Positions 28,788 through 35,769 of a DNA stretch of 61,661 bases are shown here, piece after piece. Source of the DNA: an uncultured bacterium (GTDB lineage Bacteria; Bdellovibrionota; JACOXK01; 2-02-FULL-40-11). Both the position numbers and the translations under genes were made by a program. How positions within the stretch are numbered: position 1 is the stretch's first letter; the number at the start of each line of letters is the position of its first letter. Under the pieces are notes generated by a model. That model was not told where the DNA came from. It was given only the letters and a program-made list of their open reading frames with translations, and made no database searches. The stretch is taken from contig CAYJMQ010000001.1 in the NCBI GenBank assembly GCA_964371555.1, forward strand, positions 10,882-72,542. The letters are read 5' to 3'.

Positions 28788-30004
28788 AAGTTGATCTTTG
28801 TGTGATTGGAGGGGGGCTTTCAGGGACTCTGTCTGCCGTTCATGCCGGATCGAAGGGGAAGCGGGTGGTTTTGGTCCGGAGTGGATGGGGGGGGACAGCG
28901 CTTTCCTCTGGGGCGTTCGATGTGGCAGATACATCTCATGAGGGTTTTGAGATCAGGGATCATATAGAACAGATTAAAAAAGAGTATCCCGACCACCCCT
29001 ATCATTTTCTGAATTTTGAAAATTTGAGCCCTGCTTTTGAGCTTTTAAAAAAGGTGTTTCCATTCCGGATCCTGGGATCGTATCGTGAAAATCATCTCTT
29101 TCTTTCACAAATGGGGCGTTGGCTCAGGCGCGCGTTTGCGATGGAATCCCAATCTTTTGATTTTAAGGTTTCTGGCCGGAGAAAGGCTCTCGTCATCGGT
29201 TTTTCACCAATGATCCCAGCCCCTCTTCTTCAGTCTGAACTCTGTATATCGGAATCAGTTCCGTGGCATCGCAATGAAGTCAATCTTCTCCCCCAGACGA
29301 TGGCAAAGTTTCTCGATCGGCCCGAGGAGCTTCAAAATCTTGCCAAACATATTAAATCAAAAATAAAATCGCATTTCTTCCAGGCGCTTCTGGTTCCGCC
29401 GGTCATTGGTCTTGATTATTTTAGTGAACGGCGGCGTGAGCTCGAATCCCTGATGGGATGCCCCGTCTATGAAACATTGGGGGGGAGCAATTCAGTTCCC
29501 GGTATCCGGTTTCAGAGGGGGCTCGTGGAAGCCCTCCGCTCTCAAAATATTGCCGTTATAAATGGAAGGGCTGAAAAAGTGAGAAAAGAAAAGAAAAAAA
29601 TTTTGGCAATCGGGGGATATGAAGACAGCGGAGATCTTTTTGAAATTGAAGCTTCTTCTTTTGTTTTGGCAACGGGGAAGTTTCTGTCAAGGGGGATTCG
29701 TATCAAAAGAAGTGGGCGCATTTTTCAGGAACCCCTCTTTCATCTCCCTTTATTTTATAGGGGAACGCCGGTTTCCGAGATGAGTCCAGGCTCTTTGTTA
29801 AGAGATGACTTTTTTGAAAAACAGCCTTTTTTGGAGGTTGGTGTAAAAACAAATCGTCGGCTTCTTCCACTGGACGACAGCGGAGAAATTGTTTATGAGA
29901 ATCTTCGTGTGTGTGGAACACTGCTTTATGGCTTTGATCCTTATGGGGGGGAGAGCCGGTTTGGCGTTTCCATGCTTTCGGGCTATCAGGCGGGGGAAGC
30001 ATAA
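28784..30004 (+). CDS. glpB: Anaerobic glycerol-3-phosphate dehydrogenase subunit B
   Basis: MKVDLCVIGGGLSGTLSAV...ALSSGAFDV parallels the E. coli GlpB N-terminus. ATGA overlap with the glpA stop. Confidence 0.8.
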   Translation: MKVDLCVIGGGLSGTLSAVHAGSKGKRVVLVRSGWGGTALSSGAFDVADTSHEGFEIRDHIEQIKKEYPDHPYHFLNFENLSPAFELLKKVFPFRILGSYRENHLFLSQMGRWLRRAFAMESQSFDFKVSGRRKALVIGFSPMIPAPLLQSELCISESVPWHRNEVNLLPQTMAKFLDRPEELQNLAKHIKSKIKSHFFQALLVPPVIGLDYFSERRRELESLMGCPVYETLGGSNSVPGIRFQRGLVEALRSQNIAVINGRAEKVRKEKKKILAIGGYEDSGDLFEIEASSFVLATGKFLSRGIRIKRSGRIFQEPLFHLPLFYRGTPVSEMSPGSLLRDDFFEKQPFLEVGVKTNRRLLPLDDSGEIVYENLRVCGTLLYGFDPYGGESRFGVSMLSGYQAGEA

Positions 30005-30016
30005 CCCAGAGGAATA

Positions 30017-30042
30017 ATCCAGAAGAACTATCCAGAAGAACT
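30017..30042. repeat. 13-bp perfect tandem duplication (ATCCAGAAGAACT x2), intergenic
   Basis: Read directly. Ends 3 nt before the ATG at 30046. Confidence 0.9.
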
Positions 30043-30045
30043 ATA

Positions 30046-30462
30046 ATGAAGAGCACTCTCAAATGGCTTTACGCCAAATTCAATCTTGCGGTCGCCTTTC
30101 TTTTGCATCTTTTTTTTAAGCGATGGTTTCGAAAGCGCGGGCTTAAAGAATTTTTGGCATTTTATTCGAAAGATCATGTATTTGCGCTGACTGGCGGCGA
30201 GCGAAAAAATAACCACGCATTTGGAAACTGTATCTATTGCGGGCTTTGTGTGAGCGAGTGCCGTGAAGTCAACCCGGGTTTTTACGAAACATTTGCAACG
30301 CCGGCTGGCATTGCCTTTTCCTATTCGCGGTCGTTGCCTGAGATTTCAATGAACACTGATTTTCTTTCCTATTGCCCTGACTGCGCGGCTTGCGAAAGGG
30401 TTTGTCCGATGGGGGTTCCATTGAATCAAATTGTGGGATTTGTGAAGCATCATGCGGGATAA
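30046..30462 (+). CDS. Small 2x[4Fe-4S] ferredoxin-type protein with hydrophobic N-terminus (GlpC/GlcF N-terminal-like, lacks CCG domains)
   Basis: CIYCGLCVSEC and CPDCAACERVCP cluster motifs. N-terminal segment FNLAVAFLLHLFF. Confidence 0.75.
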   Translation: MKSTLKWLYAKFNLAVAFLLHLFFKRWFRKRGLKEFLAFYSKDHVFALTGGERKNNHAFGNCIYCGLCVSECREVNPGFYETFATPAGIAFSYSRSLPEISMNTDFLSYCPDCAACERVCPMGVPLNQIVGFVKHHAG

Positions 30463-31855
30463 AATTTTAAGTCAGCTGGAATCCCTATTTCCAGAGAAAA
30501 TTTCTCCAAAAATTTCAATTAACGAGAAAGATCTGCTTCTGCACGCCGGCGATCTGTGGCCGCGAAAATTAATCCGTCAAAGGCTAGGGGAAAAGATTGA
30601 ACTCCCGCTGGCGGTGGTTCGTCCTTCATCGACGGAGGATGTTCAAAAAATCGTTCAGTGGGCAAACAGGGAAAAAATCGCGCTGATCCCTTATGGAGGG
30701 GGAACGGGGGTCTGCGGCGGGACGCTCCCTGTCGTTCAAAGTGTCGCGGTCGATCTCAAGGAACTCAATAAAATTAAAGAAATCAATCTCGACTCGCTCT
30801 ATGTGACTTCTGAAGCGGGAATTTTGGGAGGGGAGTTGGAAAAACGGCTCAATGAAAAAGGGGTTTCGCTCTGTCACTTTCCAACCGCTTATGCGATTTC
30901 AACACTGGGCGGCTGGATTTCAACGCGCGCATCGGGGCAGATGTCTACCGCTTACGGATCGATCGAAAATATGGTGTTGGCCCTAAAGGGGGTGCTTCCG
31001 ACCGGGGAGCGCATCGAGACAAAACTTGTTCCGAGATCTGCTGCCGGATTTTCAGTAAAAGACCTTTTTATCGGGGGTGAGGGAACGATGGGAATTGTGA
31101 CCGAGGCAACCTGCCAGGTGCACAGACTCCCTTCGCTCCAGGAGTTTCTTTCATTTTCAGTCGGCTCGGTTCGGGAGGGGCTGGAGGCAATCCGGAAACT
31201 GATTCAAAAAGGAATACGCCCCGCTGTGGTTCGCTTTTATGATGAGATGGATACTCAACTTGCGCTTTCTGAAATGGGACTTGACACATCGGGAAATCTT
31301 TTGGTCTTTGTTTTCCAGGGAGAAAAAGAAATAGTCCAATTCCAGAGGGTGCAGACAGAAAAAGAAATATCGGCTGTCGGTAAAAATCTTGGAGAAAAAC
31401 CTGCCCGCCATTGGTGGGATCATCGTTTTGATTTGGATCATCATAAGTTAACGCAGATTCTTTCGCAGGAAGGGATGATACTTGACACCATAGAAGTTGC
31501 GGCGACATGGAGCAATCTCCAAGGGCTCTATGAATCGATGAAGAAGGCGATGTCTGAAGCGGGGGTTGCAATCCTCGCTCATTTTTCGCATTTCTATCAT
31601 ACCGGAGGATCGATCTATTTTACCTTTTTTGGAAATTTCCCTGATAAGGAGACATTAGAAAAATACGATCTTGTCTGGGAAAGGGCGATGGAGGCATGCC
31701 TTGCGGCAAAAGGCACGATTAGTCATCATCATGGCATTGGCCTTTTGCGCAAAAAATGGATTAAACGTGAACTGGAAAGCGGCTGGGATCTGATGGATAA
31801 AATTAAAAAGACGCTCGATCCCAACCATGTTCTTAATCCCCAAAAAATCGTATGA
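30452..31855 (+). CDS. FAD-linked oxidase (PCMH-type), alkyl-dihydroxyacetonephosphate synthase-like
   Basis: FAD_binding_4-like N-terminus (LAVVRPSSTEDVQKIVQWANREKIALIPYGGGTGV). The C-terminus GTISHHHGIGLLRKKWIK closely resembles the eukaryotic AGPS stretch SISHHHGVGKLRKQWL (recalled from memory) rather than the GEHGIG of GlcD/D-LDH. Confidence 0.7.
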   Translation: MRDKILSQLESLFPEKISPKISINEKDLLLHAGDLWPRKLIRQRLGEKIELPLAVVRPSSTEDVQKIVQWANREKIALIPYGGGTGVCGGTLPVVQSVAVDLKELNKIKEINLDSLYVTSEAGILGGELEKRLNEKGVSLCHFPTAYAISTLGGWISTRASGQMSTAYGSIENMVLALKGVLPTGERIETKLVPRSAAGFSVKDLFIGGEGTMGIVTEATCQVHRLPSLQEFLSFSVGSVREGLEAIRKLIQKGIRPAVVRFYDEMDTQLALSEMGLDTSGNLLVFVFQGEKEIVQFQRVQTEKEISAVGKNLGEKPARHWWDHRFDLDHHKLTQILSQEGMILDTIEVAATWSNLQGLYESMKKAMSEAGVAILAHFSHFYHTGGSIYFTFFGNFPDKETLEKYDLVWERAMEACLAAKGTISHHHGIGLLRKKWIKRELESGWDLMDKIKKTLDPNHVLNPQKIV

Positions 31856-32784
31856 ATTCCACGGTTGTGATTGTGAATCCAAAGGCGGGCTCTTTGGGGG
31901 AAGCTATGGGCCGCGCTGGAAAGAAATGGAGGGATATAGCCAAAAAGTGTGATTTTTTTGGCCCGTATGAAGAAATCTATTCGAAACGGATCGGCCATAT
32001 TGAGGAGTTGACCCGGGAATGTCTGAAAAAGGGGGCTCAAAGAATTGTCATTGCGGGGGGGGATGGTTCGTTATCGGAAGCGCTCAACGGTTTTTTTGAA
32101 AATGACAAGCCGATTCGTGACGATGCTGTTTTAGGTTCGGTTCCGCTGGGGACCGGATCTGATTTTTTAAAAACCTTTGGTATCTCCAATGTCGATCAGG
32201 CGGTGGAAGCGCTTAAAAAAAATCGCATTACCTCCATAGATATCGGTGAAATCAGATCTCTGCATCAGCCCCGAAAGAGGCTTTTTTTAAATATCGCAAG
32301 TTTTGGTTGTTCGGGAGAGGTGGTGCGAAAAGTAAATGCGTTATCCCCGCTTCAAAAAAAGTTATTAGGGGGGGGGCTTTCTTATTTTTGGGCAACGCTT
32401 TCTACATTTCTAACCTATAAAAATTCGCTGATAGAATTGGAAATTGAGGGGAAAGGAAAGAGCGGATTTAAGACCAGCAATATCTTTGTCTGTAATGGAA
32501 AATATTGTGGAGGGGGGATGCTTTGGGGACCGAATGCCGATATCAGTGATCGTCTGTTTGATCTTACGATTGTCAAAGAAATTTCAAAATTGAGAGGGTT
32601 CTATGAGATGGGAAAAATCTATAAAGGTCGTGTTCTCGAGATTGATGCTGTGGAGCAAATTCGCTGCCAAGAATTTGTTGCGATGTCAGATGAACATGTG
32701 ACTATCGAAGCGGACGGCGATCTCTTTGGGACTTTACCCGCGCTTTTCCGGATTTATCCTCATAAGATCAAATTCAATATCTAG
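31852..32784 (+). CDS. Diacylglycerol kinase-family lipid kinase (YegS/BmrU-like)
   Basis: N-terminal VVIVNPKAGS and the DAGK catalytic motif RIVIAGGDGSLSEALNG. ATGA overlap with the upstream gene. Confidence 0.85.
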   Translation: MNSTVVIVNPKAGSLGEAMGRAGKKWRDIAKKCDFFGPYEEIYSKRIGHIEELTRECLKKGAQRIVIAGGDGSLSEALNGFFENDKPIRDDAVLGSVPLGTGSDFLKTFGISNVDQAVEALKKNRITSIDIGEIRSLHQPRKRLFLNIASFGCSGEVVRKVNALSPLQKKLLGGGLSYFWATLSTFLTYKNSLIELEIEGKGKSGFKTSNIFVCNGKYCGGGMLWGPNADISDRLFDLTIVKEISKLRGFYEMGKIYKGRVLEIDAVEQIRCQEFVAMSDEHVTIEADGDLFGTLPALFRIYPHKIKFNI

Positions 32785-32882
32785 ATTCTGCTGAAAAAGT
32801 GTCATTCTGAGCGCAAAGCGCGAAGAATCCCAGCGGAGATGCTTCGGGACTTCGTCCCTCAGCATGACTTTTTCAGCAGAAT
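32785..32882. mobile_element. 98-bp hairpin MITE, copy A, flanked by direct repeats TATCTAG (32778-32784 / 32884-32890)
   Basis: Terminal inverted repeats ATTCTGCTGAAAAAGT / ACTTTTTCAGCAGAAT and inner imperfect arms GTCATTCTGAG / CTCAGCATGAC. A near-identical second copy is at 59741-59838. Confidence 0.8.
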
Positions 32883-33015
32883 CTATCTAGAGATATTAAA
32901 GAAAGATTAAAAAAGGAAATTTGTGCTTTCATGTTTTTAAAAATGGGTTACAATTCTCTTTAGGACGTTAGTCTGGTCATTGAGTTAAACAGTGGAACGT
33001 GGGTGGAAGAGAGAA

Positions 33016-33657
33016 GTGATTTTTTCACATATCATAATAAAAAAGACATTTAAAATCTTAAGCGCCAGTGGTGTGGCGGTGTTTCTCTTTAGCTGCGGAG
33101 GAGGCGGAGGGCCGGGCGACATTCCTCAAACGGCGCCGTCTATAGCCGTTGAAACACCACAGAAGACCGTCCTGTCAGTGGCTGTTGAAGGATTGGCGGC
33201 CAACGAAAAGAGGACGGTATTTTTCTCTGATGCGCAAGGCAATAAAATTGCAGAGGCTCAAACATTTGATGGAAAGGCATCCATTGAAGCCTTTCTTCGG
33301 CAAAGTGAAAGCGGTTTCTTTCGGGTAAGGATTCAAAGAGAAGGACTCCCCGATCTGGATACTGCTGTTCAAGTTCAAGCAGGGCAGCAGGGTATTGCTG
33401 TTCAAGTAACACCTGCCACCACCCTTGCGAGTCTTTTGGGGAGAACATTCAATGCCTCAGGACAGGAAGGCCTGCAGAGAGCAATTCGCTGTTACGGCGA
33501 GATTATTAAAACATTAGCTCGACCATCAGTTGAAAATGCCCTTTTGGAATTGGAAAATTTGCCGAAAAGTCCGGATTTAAATACGCTTAAAGGAGGAACC
33601 AGTGCGCTTCAGGAAGTTTTGCGCCAGGTGTTTGCTCGGATCAATACTTGTCCTTAA
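33016..33657 (+). CDS. Hypothetical lipoprotein (cargo X, gene 1)
   Basis: A GTG at 33016 gives MIFSHIIIKKTFKILSASGVAVFLFSCGGGGG, i.e. signal plus lipobox. The longest ORF starts at 32992. No recognised domain. Confidence 0.6.
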   Translation: MIFSHIIIKKTFKILSASGVAVFLFSCGGGGGPGDIPQTAPSIAVETPQKTVLSVAVEGLAANEKRTVFFSDAQGNKIAEAQTFDGKASIEAFLRQSESGFFRVRIQREGLPDLDTAVQVQAGQQGIAVQVTPATTLASLLGRTFNASGQEGLQRAIRCYGEIIKTLARPSVENALLELENLPKSPDLNTLKGGTSALQEVLRQVFARINTCP

Positions 33658-34942
33658 TCAGTTTGAGCAGGAGAGCCTGGCACAGGAAGTTAAGCTATGC
33701 GACCCAGTGACACTTTTAAGTCAGGTCGACGTTTCCCCTCTTTCTGATTTGAACCTTGGAAGTGACCGAAGATTACTCAAAATTCTTGATGACTTTGATT
33801 TTGATGGAAAAGCAATGTTGCTCAAAGAAAAAATCAATTTTCAAGATGGGTGTTCTGTGGAAATCGATCTGACTGTTCTGGGAATAGAGCTTTTTTCAAT
33901 TGAGAAAAATTTAAAAACGGGACAAGAAACGGAGATCAAGTATCCGCTTCTTGCACCAGGGTTCAACGGCGAGATTACCAGGTTGGTATTTACGGGACTG
34001 ATGTATGAAGCGGATGACGAAAATATCCTTGAAGGAGATCGGCATACAGACACGGCGAAGGATATGTTGGCTGATTTCATTAAGGGAGCGCGTGAGCTTT
34101 TTCCATCCCGGGATCCGCAAAGTCCCACAAACTTTGTTTGTAATAGCGTTATCATCTCAGCCGCCCGTGATAAAGTTTCCTTTACCAAATCATTTATTGC
34201 GCGTGATGTCGCAGGAAATTCCGCGCTAAAAAAAACCGTGCAGCTGAATTTAATCTTAAGCGGCTTTATAAGATGCTGCTGTCCAATCTCAGAAAAACTT
34301 CTGGGATTGAATGAGGGGGCATGCAGTGTGATCACGACTTCCCGGCTGATGACAGAAAATGGCCTGACTTCAGGAAGAAGCTTTATTCCCGATACTCAAA
34401 TGGAGAAGATCTCGTCGCGGCGTCTTCTCGGTCAAAATTTATTCAACACCCTTTCGGATAGCGTTAAGACGCAGATCAGTCAGAACAGCGAAATCAATTT
34501 CTTGGTCAAGAAGCGGTTTGGAACGTCGGATTTGAATGTTCATCCATTGGTGAGCGGTTTTGAAGTGCAGATGAATGAAAAGAGATCGTTCCTCAATCCT
34601 CTTCTTTCAGATCTTCCGATGGCAGATCTTCTGACAGCTGAAATCAAGGCATTTATCTTTTTTAAGCCAGCGGAATTTTCTATAAAGGGAGCGATCGCCT
34701 CGGGAGGAGCGAGAACCTCGAATTTGCCAACGGAAAAAGAAACCTTTCTTTTTACGGTCATGGGACGCCGGGGCATTGAAGGGATCGGCATCGTGGTCCG
34801 CGACATCAATAGAATAGTTACGACCACAGTCCTCTTTTTTGATGATCAGGCGTCGGCGCTTATTTTGGCCGAACAGCCATTCGATGTTTCTTTAGGTCTC
34901 TTCCCCGCTGTCGCCTTTGACTGCGGTGGGATCGATCGATAA
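33602..34942 (+). CDS. Hypothetical protein, 446 aa (cargo X, gene 2)
   Basis: Long uninterrupted ORF with no recognised domain. Start uncertain because it overlaps gene 1 by 56 nt. Confidence 0.6.
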   Translation: MRFRKFCARCLLGSILVLNQFEQESLAQEVKLCDPVTLLSQVDVSPLSDLNLGSDRRLLKILDDFDFDGKAMLLKEKINFQDGCSVEIDLTVLGIELFSIEKNLKTGQETEIKYPLLAPGFNGEITRLVFTGLMYEADDENILEGDRHTDTAKDMLADFIKGARELFPSRDPQSPTNFVCNSVIISAARDKVSFTKSFIARDVAGNSALKKTVQLNLILSGFIRCCCPISEKLLGLNEGACSVITTSRLMTENGLTSGRSFIPDTQMEKISSRRLLGQNLFNTLSDSVKTQISQNSEINFLVKKRFGTSDLNVHPLVSGFEVQMNEKRSFLNPLLSDLPMADLLTAEIKAFIFFKPAEFSIKGAIASGGARTSNLPTEKETFLFTVMGRRGIEGIGIVVRDINRIVTTTVLFFDDQASALILAEQPFDVSLGLFPAVAFDCGGIDR

Positions 34943-34943
34943 A

Positions 34944-34997
34944 CGAAACTTGAGATATTGACCTGCTAAAAATACCACCCGGCGCCGAGTCCTCCAT
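34944..34997. repeat. B': exact 54-bp copy of 37033-37086 (3' ends of the ATP-grasp and OMP genes)
   Basis: CGAAACTTGAGATATTGACCTGCTAAAAATACCACCCGGCGCCGAGTCCTCCAT is identical at both loci by eye. Confidence 0.9.
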
Positions 34998-35061
34998 GCG
35001 GACGGCGATCTCTTTGGGACTTTAACCCGCGCTTTTCCGGATTTATCCTCATAAGATCAAA
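34998..35061. repeat. A': copy of 32710-32772 (3' end of the lipid kinase CDS) with one extra A
   Basis: GCGGACGGCGATCTCTTTGGGACTTTA(A)CCCGCGCTTTTCCGGATTTATCCTCATAAGATCAAA. It abuts B' with no spacer. Confidence 0.9.
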
Positions 35062-35172
35062 GTCTGGTGCTAAAGAAGGATATGTCTTCAAACGAGAGCA
35101 CTTTTAGATTTGCCTTTCCTAACAGTGGAAAATTCTTTTCAGGGTTGACCCATATGTGATATCAATATCGCC

Positions 35173-35769
35173 ATGACCAAAGACATCCAGATACAGGCAG
35201 AAGTTTTGTCGGAACAGGTGTGTCAGTTTACGGTGGATCAGCCTCTTTATCCCGCTGGTACGGCATATTTTGCAAATAAAGAGGCCGCGAAAGGCTCACC
35301 CCTTGCGGAGGCATTATTTGATTTAGAGGGGGTCGCATCACTTGTTGTTTTGGAGAATGTTTTAAAAGTAACACGAAATCAGTTTGATGATTGGCGTCTA
35401 TTGGCTCAAAAAATAGGAACGGTCATTCGCGAGCAAATTCGCTCGGGTAGAGCGCTTATCTCGCCAGATTTAAAAAAGAATCTCCCTTCAGAAAAAGTCA
35501 TCAAAGAAAAAGTACAAAAATTATTTAATGGGGAGATCAATCCAGCTGTTGCGATGCATGGCGGCTCTGTTGAGTTAGTCGATGTTAAAGAAAACATCGT
35601 CTATGTGCGTCTCGGCGGGGGGTGTCAGGGATGCGGCATGGCCGATGTGACGCTCAAGCAGGGAATCGAACATGCGATTCGCAAAGTTGTCCCTGAAATT
35701 GGAGATATTTTGGATGTTACCGATCATGCCGGCGGGAGAAATCCGTATTATTCTCCCCAAAAGAAATGA
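35173..35769 (+). CDS. Nfu/NifU-like Fe-S cluster protein (Nfu_N + NifU C-terminal domain)
   Basis: C-terminal domain VAMHGGSVELVDV...LGGGCQGCGMADVTLKQGIE with the CxxC motif. Confidence 0.75.
   Translation: MTKDIQIQAEVLSEQVCQFTVDQPLYPAGTAYFANKEAAKGSPLAEALFDLEGVASLVVLENVLKVTRNQFDDWRLLAQKIGTVIREQIRSGRALISPDLKKNLPSEKVIKEKVQKLFNGEINPAVAMHGGSVELVDVKENIVYVRLGGGCQGCGMADVTLKQGIEHAIRKVVPEIGDILDVTDHAGGRNPYYSPQKK

Noticed and set aside
31068-31571. 167-aa minus-strand ORF; similar cases at 49538-50008, 33841-34335, 59735-60208 and 59901-60428
   Set aside because: All lie inside or opposite clearly recognisable genes (FAD oxidase, sucD, cargo X gene 2, gmhB). I treat them as shadow ORFs.
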